From an uncultured Anaerolineae bacterium (GTDB lineage Bacteria > Chloroflexota > Anaerolineae > VGOG01), in assembly GCA_964390805.1 (NCBI GenBank), contig CAYMKL010000022.1, positions 5,128 to 69,127 on the forward strand: 64,000 bases of DNA, read 5' to 3'. Each line of letters begins with the position of its first letter. Position 1 is the stretch's first letter. The notes under the pieces are model-generated. The model was not told where the DNA came from, made no database searches, and saw only the letters and a program-made list of their open reading frames with translations. Below, piece by piece: positions 9,180 to 17,642 of the stretch. Made by a program: the position numbers and the translations under genes.

Positions 9180-10118
9180 CTAATGGGTTATTCGCGGATC
9201 AACCAGGCTGTAGACGAAGTCAGTGATCAGGTTCACGACCACAACGAAGGCCGTGTAGATGACCATGACCGACTGCAAAGCCGTGTAGTCGCGCTGCATG
9301 ATGGCGCTTACCAGCATTTTGCCCAGACCAGGCCGGGCAAAGACCGTCTCAGTCAAGACTGAGTCGGCAATGAGGTTAGCGGCCCACACACCGATGATGG
9401 AGACAATGGGTACCAGAGCTGCGCGCAGCGCGTGGCGGAAGATGACGATGCGTTCCCTTGCCCCCTTGGCGCGAGCCGTCCGAATGTAGTTCTCGCTGAG
9501 AACGTTCAGCATTGCCGAACGGGTTAGGCGGGTAACTGAGGTGGTCATGATCAAGCCCAGGCTCAACGCCGGAAGAGCCAGGTGGCTGAGATTGTCCTTC
9601 AAATCGTCCAGGTCGCCGCCCCCCACCGCCGGAAACAGATCGAGTTTGATGGCAAAAAGCAGCATGATCAGGATACCCAGGTAGAAAGCGGGCACCGAAA
9701 GCCCAGCCAGGGAGAGGACACGCCCCAGGTAGTCAATGATGCTGTTGCGGTGCACAGCAGTGTATATCCCAATGGGGACGCCAAGCGCCGCGCCGACAAT
9801 GATGGCCGAGAGGGTCAGTTGCAGCGTATAGGGCAGCACATGCATCACCAGCTCGCTGATCGGCTTACCGGTGATCAAGGACTTGCCCAGGTCTCCGCGA
9901 AGCAGGTCTCCCAGAAAGCGGACGTACTGGACGTAGAGGGGAGCGTTCAGCCCCATTTTTTCGCGCAGTGCTTCTACGGCTTCCTGGGAGGCGTAATCGC
10001 CCAGGGCAGCCGTGGCCGGATCGCCAGGGATCACCCGCACGACCAAAAAGACCAGTGTCAGGACAGCCAAAAAGGTGGGAATAGCCAGCGCCAGCCGGGT
10101 CACCACGTATCTAAGCAT
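9180..10118 (-). CDS. ABC transporter permease, peptide/opine/nickel type (DppB/OppB-like)
   Basis: 312-aa ORF opening MLRYVVTRLALAIPTFLAVLTLVFLVVRVIPGDP, with NYIRTARAKGARE. Confidence 0.9.
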   Translation of the reverse strand: MLRYVVTRLALAIPTFLAVLTLVFLVVRVIPGDPATAALGDYASQEAVEALREKMGLNAPLYVQYVRFLGDLLRGDLGKSLITGKPISELVMHVLPYTLQLTLSAIIVGAALGVPIGIYTAVHRNSIIDYLGRVLSLAGLSVPAFYLGILIMLLFAIKLDLFPAVGGGDLDDLKDNLSHLALPALSLGLIMTTSVTRLTRSAMLNVLSENYIRTARAKGARERIVIFRHALRAALVPIVSIIGVWAANLIADSVLTETVFARPGLGKMLVSAIMQRDYTALQSVMVIYTAFVVVVNLITDFVYSLVDPRITH

Positions 10119-10177
10119 AAGACCCTACTTTCAGAATAACGGTCCTTTGGGATTTCCCGGAGGCCCGGTGTCGGAAT

Positions 10178-10305
10178 CCCCAAACTTGTTGGGAGGCGGC
10201 GCGACTACCTCCAACAAGTTGGGGACTCCGGCGCGCTGTCCACGCCAACTCCCAAAGACCCAGAATGACACTGGTCTGGGGCCCACGAAGTGAACCCCAG
10301 ACCAG
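10178..10305 (-). promoter_or_regulatory. Two intercistronic stem-loops between the SBP gene and the first permease gene
   Basis: 10271-10281 (CTGGTCTGGGG) pairs with 10295-10305 (CCCCAGACCAG), 14 nt after the SBP stop. 10178-10196 pairs with 10208-10224 (CCCCAAACTTGTTGGGAGG / CCTCCAACAAGTTGGGG). This is typical of mRNA-stabilising hairpins after SBP genes. Confidence 0.5.
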
Positions 10306-10318
10306 GCTTTGCCACAGG

Positions 10319-12079
10319 TTACTTGGTGATGCGTGTATTCTCTGTTATCTGCGCATAGAGCGCCAGCACTGACTTCAGCTCGTGGCCAAAGTCCACGTAG
10401 TCGTGGCGCGCGGTGACCTGGTTCTGGTATTGCAGCGGATAGGCCACCATGTCATCCATGATCTTGATCTGCGCTTCCTTCCACATGTCAACCTGCTTAT
10501 CCGCATCGAGCTCCACGCGGGCCGCCTCGATCAGGTCGTCAATCTGGTCGTAGTGAGAGAAGTTGGTATCTGGCTTGGCGCCGGTGACGACGATGGAGGC
10601 GGAGTGGTAGAAGCGGGTGAGGTACACGTCGGCGTTGGGCCGCCAGGCGACGTAGATCACGATGGGGTTGACGTCCTCGCGGATCAGACTGTGCATGCCG
10701 GAGTGGTCCACGACGTTGATCTTGATGTCAATGCCAATCTCGGCCAACTGGGCCTGCATGCTCTGGTAGTTCTTGAGGTAGGACTCCCGCTCGGACGACA
10801 CCATCTCCAGGGAGAACCCATCGGCATAGCCGGCCTCGGCCAGCAACTCTCTGGCCTTGTCCCGATCTACGGCGTATTCCAGGCCCAGTTCGGCCACTTC
10901 CTTCTGGGTCAAGCCGCCGGCCAGGAACTGGGCTGGTACCTGCGAGTAGACGTTGGCCGCAACCGGCGCCCCAAAGAGCGCCAGGAACTCGTCGCGGTCC
11001 AGGGCGTAGGCGATGGCCTTCCTCACTCGCACGTCATCCAGAGGCGGAACGGTGATGTCAAAGTGAACGGTGGCCACTTCGCCCACGCCGTAGACGTCCA
11101 CCCGGATGCCCTCTTCCTTGTTCATCCGCTCGACCCAGATGCCCTCGGCGGCGCCGTTGATCACATCCAGTTCGCCGGACATGAGGCCCAGCTCGCGGCT
11201 GTTGATATCCGGCATGAAGCGGTATTCGACGGCGTCCAGCAGTGGCCGGCCACGGAAGTAGGCATTGTTGGCCACCAACGTGACCTTTTCCTGCGGGCTG
11301 TAGCTATCGAACATGAAGGGGCCTGTTCCGATGGGATTGGTCTTGAACGCTTCGGCGCCCACGGCTTCATAGGCTTGCTTGCAGACGATGAACCCACCGG
11401 CATAGTCGGCCACCTTGGGGAAGAAGAGTACGGGCGAGAGCGGTTTCTCCATTGTGACTTTGACGGTGAAATCATCCACGGCTTCTACCGTCATGCCATC
11501 GTACTCACCAGCATAGGCAGAGGTCTCCGGGTTGGCCGACTTCTGCAAGGACCAGACCACATCCTCAGAGGTCAATTCGTAGGTCAGTCCTGTCTCGGTG
11601 GGGTGGCACATCACACCCCGGCGCAGTACGAAGGTCCACACTTGCTTGCCCCCCACGAGTTCGGGCTCAGGCAGCGCCTCGGCCAGGTCTGGCTCAATGA
11701 CCGAACCATCGCCCGGCTTGTAGCGCACCAGACCGTTGAAGATCATGTCCACCAGGTTGCGGTCGCTGGTGGAGGCCGCGAAGTGCGGGTCCATGGTGCC
11801 CAGGTCAGCGGACTTGTCAGCGTACCGCAGAACGATGGGCTCCTTTGTTTCCGGCGTGGCGGTGACAACAACTTCCTTCTCCACCACCACTTCTTTCTCC
11901 ACCTCGACGGTCTGGATGACCTCCTTCTCTACTAACACTTCCTTCTCGACCTCGACGGTCTGGACAACCGGCTTCTCGACCACTACCTCTTTCTCGACAA
12001 CCTCCGGCGTCGGAGCAGCGCAGGCTGCGAGTAGCATGGCCGCCAAGACCAACATACTCAAAAGCGTATTTCGTTTCAT
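10319..12079 (-). CDS. ABC transporter substrate-binding lipoprotein, family 5 (peptide/opine/nickel type) with E/K/V-rich tether
   Basis: ORF 10319-12145. I prefer the ATG at 12079 (MKRNTLLSMLVLAAMLLAACAAP), which is preceded by AAGGAGAAGAAAGAAGG. A lipobox is followed by a (VEKEV)n tether and then a family-5 SBP body. Confidence 0.85.
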   Translation of the reverse strand: MKRNTLLSMLVLAAMLLAACAAPTPEVVEKEVVVEKPVVQTVEVEKEVLVEKEVIQTVEVEKEVVVEKEVVVTATPETKEPIVLRYADKSADLGTMDPHFAASTSDRNLVDMIFNGLVRYKPGDGSVIEPDLAEALPEPELVGGKQVWTFVLRRGVMCHPTETGLTYELTSEDVVWSLQKSANPETSAYAGEYDGMTVEAVDDFTVKVTMEKPLSPVLFFPKVADYAGGFIVCKQAYEAVGAEAFKTNPIGTGPFMFDSYSPQEKVTLVANNAYFRGRPLLDAVEYRFMPDINSRELGLMSGELDVINGAAEGIWVERMNKEEGIRVDVYGVGEVATVHFDITVPPLDDVRVRKAIAYALDRDEFLALFGAPVAANVYSQVPAQFLAGGLTQKEVAELGLEYAVDRDKARELLAEAGYADGFSLEMVSSERESYLKNYQSMQAQLAEIGIDIKINVVDHSGMHSLIREDVNPIVIYVAWRPNADVYLTRFYHSASIVVTGAKPDTNFSHYDQIDDLIEAARVELDADKQVDMWKEAQIKIMDDMVAYPLQYQNQVTARHDYVDFGHELKSVLALYAQITENTRITK

Positions 12080-12239
12080 CCTTCTTTCTTCTCCTTCCTT
12101 GCTAGAGTTTAGCAGCTCTCGCTGCCTTCGGCTAAACCAACTCAAATTTCTCTCCCATCACCTCCTCTCGATGAACGCTGAGGGATCCCCTCAGCACAAC
12201 CAACCCGGCTAAACAGCGGTTCTGAACCCATCACCCACA

Positions 12240-12268
12240 ATTATACCCGGAGCATACCACCTTGTCAA
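12240..12268 (-). promoter_or_regulatory. Consensus sigma70-type promoter (TTGACA-17-TATAAT) for the SBP/catabolic operon
   Basis: The minus strand reads TTGACA aggtggtatgctccggg TATAAT. It is followed by a ~150-nt leader to the ATG at 12079 that contains the GCTGAGGG-ATC-CCCTCAGC hairpin. Confidence 0.6.
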
Positions 12269-12278
12269 GACGGCGTAT

Positions 12279-13037
12279 TCAGAATGTATAGCGTGTCTCG
12301 AGTTCCTGGGCCCGCAGCAGCCCCTCCTCCGTCAACGTCACCGATTTGGCGCGGCGCGTCTGATTGATGTAACCCTGCTCCTCCAGCGCGTCCAGCACCT
12401 CGAAGAGATACCCCTTCCAGGCCCGGTGGACGGTGACGTCGGGCAGGGGATGTTCCTCCCACGAGCAGAGGTAGATCAGTAACAGGGTCAAGTCCTCGAT
12501 CAGCGCGTCGCGAGATGGCTCCTCCTCAGGCTCCAGTTCAGGTTCCTCGGGCGGTTCAATCGGATTGGTCGGTTCGATCCCCTCGCTCTCCAGCCACCAC
12601 CAGATCCGCTCGTAAATGCAGTAGTCCTTGAAAGCAAACCAACGTTCGCGCTCGGATGAGTAATCGAGCAGCACGTCTTTGAAACGACGGAACGCGCCCC
12701 GGCCCTGAATTGCCCGCCACAACCGATCCTGCAAGTGCGAGTTGCCGACCGTGCCAATGAAGCGCTCCATATCGCGGTATTCCTCGCGGGTATCTGCCTC
12801 GGGTATCCGAATGTAGCGGGTGCGGTACCCTTCTTCGACTTGTCGAGCCACCCTGACCATCTCTTGCATCCAATCGGGCAGCTCACGGTCGGGCGGCTCC
12901 TCCAAGTAGCGAGACGCCTCCTCGGTGAGCATCACGACTTCGCCGGTCTCCAGGTCGAGGTAGAAGTGCATCTCCCACGAGCTGGTTTGGAAGGCAGCGT
13001 CCAGTTCCGACCAGTTAATCTTGAGCTTGCGAGTCAT
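12279..13037 (-). CDS. UPF0158-family protein with C-terminal winged-helix-like extension
   Basis: 252-aa ORF containing FYLDLETGEVV..., RGAFRRFKDVLLDY...RWFAFKD. The SD is GGAAGGAGA. It overlaps the recQ ORF stop by 23 nt. Confidence 0.65.
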   Translation of the reverse strand: MTRKLKINWSELDAAFQTSSWEMHFYLDLETGEVVMLTEEASRYLEEPPDRELPDWMQEMVRVARQVEEGYRTRYIRIPEADTREEYRDMERFIGTVGNSHLQDRLWRAIQGRGAFRRFKDVLLDYSSERERWFAFKDYCIYERIWWWLESEGIEPTNPIEPPEEPELEPEEEPSRDALIEDLTLLLIYLCSWEEHPLPDVTVHRAWKGYLFEVLDALEEQGYINQTRRAKSVTLTEEGLLRAQELETRYTF

Positions 13038-16000
13038 TCGTCTCTCCTTCCAGATGTTTCCGCACCAGTTCGATCACCACAGCGCCATACTTCTCCAGCT
13101 TGATTGGGCCAACGCCTTTCAACTCGGATAAGGCCTCCAGAGTGACGGGCCGGTGCGCGGCGATGGCACGCAGATGGCTATCGTGAAAGATAACGTAGGG
13201 TGGCACCTCCTGATCACGGGCCTGCTCCAGCCGCCACGCGCGCAATGCCTGAAACAGTGCTTCGTCCACATCCAGCCCCACTTCATCTTTCTTAGCCGAC
13301 TTACGTGGTGGCGACGGCGGCTCCTTCACCGGACTGAGCAAGCCATCCAGCGCGGCCGGGTTTTGCAGCGCCGCTTTGCCCGTGGACGTGAGGTCGAGCA
13401 CGACACCACCGTGGTCGAGTTGGCGTGCCTTCAGAAACCCACCGCCTTCCAGCCGATCCAGTAGGTGGCCAACGGCGGTCGCTGAGCGGAAGGCCAATGC
13501 ACCAAAGTCTTCGTGGTGACGGCCCTTGTCCGGCGCTTGCGGATCGCCGCGCAGGATGCGTATCAGGCTGAATCGCCCCCAACTCCATGGCGCGGCCGCC
13601 ACGCAGCGCAGGATGGTCAGCAACTGCTCCCTCTCATCGGGTAGACCGGCATCTGGCGGCGGCTGGATTTCGACGCAGTTATCGCAGGCGGCGCACCGTT
13701 CAATGATTCGGCCACCCAGGTAGGCGTTGATATGACCGTGACGGCAGCGCACGGTTCTGGCGTAGGCGGCGATCTCGTCCACGCGCTGCACCTGGATGGT
13801 CTCGTATCGCTCCAGCAGCGTGGCGATGCGCTGGGCGGCGTCCGGCGGTGGCGGCAGCATCTCCAGCAGCAGGTCACGTCCGGCGGGACGATAGCTCAGC
13901 CACCCCGCGTCGGCCCAGTCCAGCATCCGCCGTTCGACGTCATCAAGGGGCAATTCGGCCTGCTGTGCCACGCCCACCAGATCCAGGGTCAGCGGTTGGC
14001 CGGGCCGCAGGCGGGCTGCCTGGCAGAAAGCCGCCAGTTCGTGGGGCAAGATACCATCTTGCCCTACAGTCAGGCAGACAATGGCCGCGCGGGGCACGTC
14101 GGGGCCGCGTCGCAACAGGTCCACCTGCTCCAGCAGGCTCAGGGCAACGCGCACGCGCGTGTCGTCGGCTTGCAGGTCGCGCTCCAGGTCCGCCGCCGCA
14201 ACCCGGCCGGACGCGCTTTCTCTCAAGCGGCGCTTGACGGCCGCGTAGACGGTCCGCAGGAATCCAACCGGCAGCGCGTTCTGACGGGTGCGGCGGGTCA
14301 GTGTGGCGCGGTCCGATGGGGTGTACATTAGCAAGCAACGGGCAGGCAATCCGTCGCGACCGGCTCGGCCAGCCTCCTGGTAATATGCCTCCAGCGAATT
14401 GGCGGGGACGAAGTGGACGATGAAGCGGATGTCTGGCTTGTCAATGCCCAGGCCAAAAGCGATGGTCGCCACGACCACGCGGATACGACCGGTCATAAAA
14501 TCGTCCTGTACCCCGGCACGGTCGGCGATGCCGGCGTGGTAGTGGTCAGCGATGATGCCATATTTGCGCAACAGTGCGGCCAGCTCCTCGCAGCGAGCGC
14601 GGGTGCCAGCGTAGACGATGCCGCTGCCAGATTCGGCCCGGCAGAAGGCCAGCAGGTAGCGCAACTTGTCGTCGGCGTTGCGGGCATGGAACACTTCCAG
14701 TTGCAGGTTGGGGCGGGTCACGTCGCCGGCGATGATGCGTAAATCGCCCAAGTGGCTAACGATGTCTCGCCGCACGCGCGGTGGCGCCGTAGCCGTCATT
14801 GCCAACAACGGTGGACTGCCCAGCGCCTGCCGCGCTCTCCCGATGGTGAGGTAATCGGGCCGAAAGTCGTGGCCCCATACGCTGACGCAGTGCGCTTCGT
14901 CAATCACCAGCCGATCCACGCCCGCGCGCCGCAGTGCGTGCAGGAAGGTCGGCTGGCGCAGCCGTTCCGGTGCGGCGTAGACCAGGCGGTAGGCACCTTC
15001 GGCAGCCTGGTCCAGTCGCCAGCGCAGTTCGTCCCCCTCCAGGCTGCTGTTGATGGTGGTCGCCCGCCGGCGTATTTTGGCGGGTAGGGAATCCACCTGG
15101 TCCTTCATCAACGCGATGAGGGGCGAGATGACCAGCGTTGTGCCCCGTTCGGCGAGCAGCGCGGGGAGTTGGTAGCACAGCGACTTGCCGCCGCCGGTAG
15201 GCAGGATGGTCAGCACGTCCTCGCCGCGCAGGACGCAGGCGATGGTCTCCAACTGGCCGGGCAGAAGGGTGTCGAAGCCAAAGAGCCGCCGTACGGCCTC
15301 AGCGATGTGGGCCCGCTCCTGTTCGGAAACGGGGATTTGATCGAAGGTGGGCAGTGGCTCGGCAGGCGGTGGTTCTTCGGCGGGACTAGGGCGCGGTGTG
15401 GGGGCGGCGGGTCGCGCTGGATAATCTGGAGAAAGGGCGGCATGTAGTTCAGCCAACTTGTCGGCGTAGCGGCGTTTCAGCTCGGCCTCCAGGTCGGCGA
15501 CGCGGGTCTCCTCACCGCTGGTCCGGAAGTGGTCGCGCAGTCGGCGCAAGTAAGTGGCGGACAGCGGCCTCTCCTCGTCCGCCGTGCGCAGCAAGCGCAC
15601 GGCGTAGCCGCTGGCGGTCACCCAGTCGTCGAGGGTCTGATAGAGGGCAAGCATCCCCAGCAGGTAGGCGCGGCCGTAGGGACGCAACTCACCCAGGCGG
15701 CGGTAGGCGTTCAGCGCGGCTTGTGTGTCCCCTCGCGCCAGTTCGACCTCGCCCAGTAGCCCCCATGCCGTTATGCTGTCCTCGTTCTCCTCTACGAGGG
15801 CGCGGGCGATCTGGTGGGCAGCCGCCACATCGTCACGGGCTAGATGGACGCGGGCCAGGAGCGCGCGGGCGGTGAGGGAGGTCCTAAGCTCCAATCGCTC
15901 TCGCATCACCACCAGCGCGTCGTCGGGCCGGCCCTGGGCCAAGAAAGCCCTCGCCCGCAGGTCGAGCAGAGAGACGAGGGTAGGATTGTGGGGGATGAGT

Positions 16001-16653
16001 ACGTCCAGGCAGGCGTGCACTTCTTCGACGTGCTCCCAGCGCAGGAGGAAGTTGAGCAGGCGGCTGCGGTCGTTGCTTGCCAATTGGAGAGTCTTCTGGG
16101 GTGTGAGCGCCAGCTGATCCAAAATGCTGGAAGGTTGCCTAGCTGTGTTCTCTTGAGGCGGATCTGGTGGGGAAGAAACGGGCACATTGGTTTCGGATAA
16201 TCGCCCCTCACCCCAACCCTCTCCCCGATGGGGAGAGGGTGAATCGCCCCTCTCCCTGGGAGGGAGAGGGGCCGGGGGTGAGGGTGTGCTCAACTTCTGA
16301 CACTCACCCAGAATAGCTTCGAGCACCGCATCTGTGTCACGGTGAACATCCCGGTTCCAAAAACGGATAACATGATAGCCCTGTTCATTCAACCAGGCCG
16401 TGCGTGCTCGATCATACTCGACCTGTTCTAGGTGCGATTCCCCATCAATCTCCACCACCAGCCGGCAAGCAGCACAATAGAAATCCACGATGAAGGGCCC
16501 AATAGGATGCTGGCGGCGGAATCTGAAGCCGCCCAGTTGTCTATTACGCACGTGCGTCCATAGTTTCTTTTCAGCCGGCGTTTGCGGCTGGCGCAACTCG
16601 CGTGCGCTGGCCAGGATGGGTGGGTAGATGCGGTGTTGTTTTTTCCTAGCCAT
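13015..16653 (-). CDS. recQ: Single ORF joining a DUF559 (Vsr-like endonuclease) domain, a TPR-like region and a RecQ-family helicase (RQC + HRDC)
   Basis: 1212 aa from the ATG at 16653 (SD GGAGGAGG). The track start at 16677 lies in the repeat. aa 1-125 are DUF559 (FRFRRQHPIGPFIVDFYC..VVEIDGESH..VIRFWN). A repeat-encoded PSPPAPLPPRERG..GEGWGEG stretch follows, then ~330 aa of TPR-like helices. The RecQ motifs are TILPTGGGKSLCYQLPAL, DEAHCVSVWGHDFRPDY and the Zn site CRHGH..CAACDNC, with a C-terminal HRDC. The helicase part may have its own (non-ATG) start downstream of 16200. Confidence 0.7.
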   Translation of the reverse strand: MARKKQHRIYPPILASARELRQPQTPAEKKLWTHVRNRQLGGFRFRRQHPIGPFIVDFYCAACRLVVEIDGESHLEQVEYDRARTAWLNEQGYHVIRFWNRDVHRDTDAVLEAILGECQKLSTPSPPAPLPPRERGDSPSPHRGEGWGEGRLSETNVPVSSPPDPPQENTARQPSSILDQLALTPQKTLQLASNDRSRLLNFLLRWEHVEEVHACLDVLIPHNPTLVSLLDLRARAFLAQGRPDDALVVMRERLELRTSLTARALLARVHLARDDVAAAHQIARALVEENEDSITAWGLLGEVELARGDTQAALNAYRRLGELRPYGRAYLLGMLALYQTLDDWVTASGYAVRLLRTADEERPLSATYLRRLRDHFRTSGEETRVADLEAELKRRYADKLAELHAALSPDYPARPAAPTPRPSPAEEPPPAEPLPTFDQIPVSEQERAHIAEAVRRLFGFDTLLPGQLETIACVLRGEDVLTILPTGGGKSLCYQLPALLAERGTTLVISPLIALMKDQVDSLPAKIRRRATTINSSLEGDELRWRLDQAAEGAYRLVYAAPERLRQPTFLHALRRAGVDRLVIDEAHCVSVWGHDFRPDYLTIGRARQALGSPPLLAMTATAPPRVRRDIVSHLGDLRIIAGDVTRPNLQLEVFHARNADDKLRYLLAFCRAESGSGIVYAGTRARCEELAALLRKYGIIADHYHAGIADRAGVQDDFMTGRIRVVVATIAFGLGIDKPDIRFIVHFVPANSLEAYYQEAGRAGRDGLPARCLLMYTPSDRATLTRRTRQNALPVGFLRTVYAAVKRRLRESASGRVAAADLERDLQADDTRVRVALSLLEQVDLLRRGPDVPRAAIVCLTVGQDGILPHELAAFCQAARLRPGQPLTLDLVGVAQQAELPLDDVERRMLDWADAGWLSYRPAGRDLLLEMLPPPPDAAQRIATLLERYETIQVQRVDEIAAYARTVRCRHGHINAYLGGRIIERCAACDNCVEIQPPPDAGLPDEREQLLTILRCVAAAPWSWGRFSLIRILRGDPQAPDKGRHHEDFGALAFRSATAVGHLLDRLEGGGFLKARQLDHGGVVLDLTSTGKAALQNPAALDGLLSPVKEPPSPPRKSAKKDEVGLDVDEALFQALRAWRLEQARDQEVPPYVIFHDSHLRAIAAHRPVTLEALSELKGVGPIKLEKYGAVVIELVRKHLEGETNDSQAQD
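16204..16288. repeat. GC-rich structured repeat, copy A (downstream flank of the DUF559 module)
   Basis: cccctcaccccaac...ggggagaggg...cccctctccctgggagggagaggggccgggggtgagggtgtg. It contains the hairpins CCCTCTCCCC-GAT-GGGGAGAGGG and CCCCTCTCCCT-GGG-AGGGAGAGGGG. The last 42 nt are identical to copy B. Confidence 0.85.
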
Positions 16654-16676
16654 CTTGATTCCTCCTCCACAGACCA

Positions 16677-16750
16677 CCCCTCACCCCAACGGGGAGAGGG
16701 AGCTCCTCCCCTCTCCCTGGGAGGGAGAGGGGCCGGGGGTGAGGGTGTGG
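16677..16750. repeat. GC-rich structured repeat, copy B (upstream flank of the DUF559 module)
   Basis: It shares 14 nt (cccctcaccccaac), ggggagaggg and a 42-nt identical block (16708-16749 = 16247-16288) with copy A, in direct orientation. Confidence 0.85.
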
Positions 16751-16755
16751 TCTCC

Positions 16756-17463
16756 TCACACCTCATAATCCGGCACGACGTGCACCCCGACAACGAGAGG
16801 CCAGTACTCCCCTTGCCAGTTGCGGCTCAGCCCGACGGCCAGGTAGAGGGCCTCGGTGTTCAGCCGTTCGAAGAGCTCATCGTGGTTCAGATTCAGGACG
16901 CCCCCCCGCTCGCCCAGCCAGGTCCGACCCAGCGCGTGCCACTTGAGGTCGGTCACGGAGACGCCGCGCTGGCTGGTGGCCCGTGGGTGGTTAGCGTCAC
17001 CCGGCAGCACGAAGCTCATCCGCGCTTCGTACTTGCCGGAATAACTGTCCAGCGAGAAACGCGTCCACACCTGTTCCGGCTGCACCAGGCAGAGGGAGCG
17101 GGTGTGGTGGATGAGCACGTCCTCTGGAGCGCGGTCGAGATACTGGGCGAAGAAACGGGATCGCTTCTCGCCCTCCAAACGGCGCAGCAATCGTGGCCGA
17201 TGGCGGACGAAATCGGTGAGCCAGTCCTCGACGTGGGGCGGGTCGGGGCGCGGCGCGAGCAGGTTCAACTCGACCACGTCGCTGCACTGCACCAGGCGAC
17301 CATCAGCGTCGGTCATGTCGCCCGCTAGAACAGTGCCAAAATCGCGCACCGGCCGCACCCAGCGCAGGCCGGTGACAGGGTCGGGCTCGCGGGTGAATCC
17401 CGCCGTGCAGATACCGCTGAGCATTTGGGTCATGGCCAGGATGAGGACCTCTTGGGATGGCAT
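16756..17463 (-). CDS. Conserved hypothetical protein (235 aa)
   Basis: ORF 16756-17607. I prefer the ATG at 17463 (MPSQEVLILAMTQMLSGICTAGF...LRWVRPV...), preceded by GAGGGAG. The upstream part of the track ORF runs through the GGATAA repeat array. The N-terminal pattern resembles a widespread uncharacterised family (..L.LA.S....G.C.AG....W.RPV..) that I cannot name. Confidence 0.6.
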   Translation of the reverse strand: MPSQEVLILAMTQMLSGICTAGFTREPDPVTGLRWVRPVRDFGTVLAGDMTDADGRLVQCSDVVELNLLAPRPDPPHVEDWLTDFVRHRPRLLRRLEGEKRSRFFAQYLDRAPEDVLIHHTRSLCLVQPEQVWTRFSLDSYSGKYEARMSFVLPGDANHPRATSQRGVSVTDLKWHALGRTWLGERGGVLNLNHDELFERLNTEALYLAVGLSRNWQGEYWPLVVGVHVVPDYEV

Positions 17464-17483
17464 TGGTTTTCTCCCTCTCATTT

Positions 17484-17635
17484 GCGGCAACGGATGGACA
17501 ACGAATAAGCGGATAACCCGCACCTTGCACGTCCACCTATCCGCCTCCTGGGGCTGCAACGGATGACAAGCGGATAAACGGATAACTCGCGCCGTCTCCA
17601 CTCGCATCCGCTTATCTGCCGTGTATCAGTTGCCG
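17484..17635. repeat. Array of CAACGGAT(A/G)..AGCGGATAA units in direct and inverted orientation
   Basis: The units are caacggatggacaacgaataagcggataac (17488-), caacggatgacaagcggataaacggataac (17557-) and the inverted catccgcttatctgccgtgtatcagttgccg (17605-17635). It is intergenic. Confidence 0.75.
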
Positions 17636-17642
17636 TGATGAA

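Noticed and set aside
16428-17328. ORFs 16428-16793 (-) and 16582-17328 (+) spanning repeat copy B
   Set aside because: Their translations are dominated by repeat-encoded PSPPAPLPPRERG/GEGW text, or are antisense to the 235-aa gene. They have no independent coding signal.
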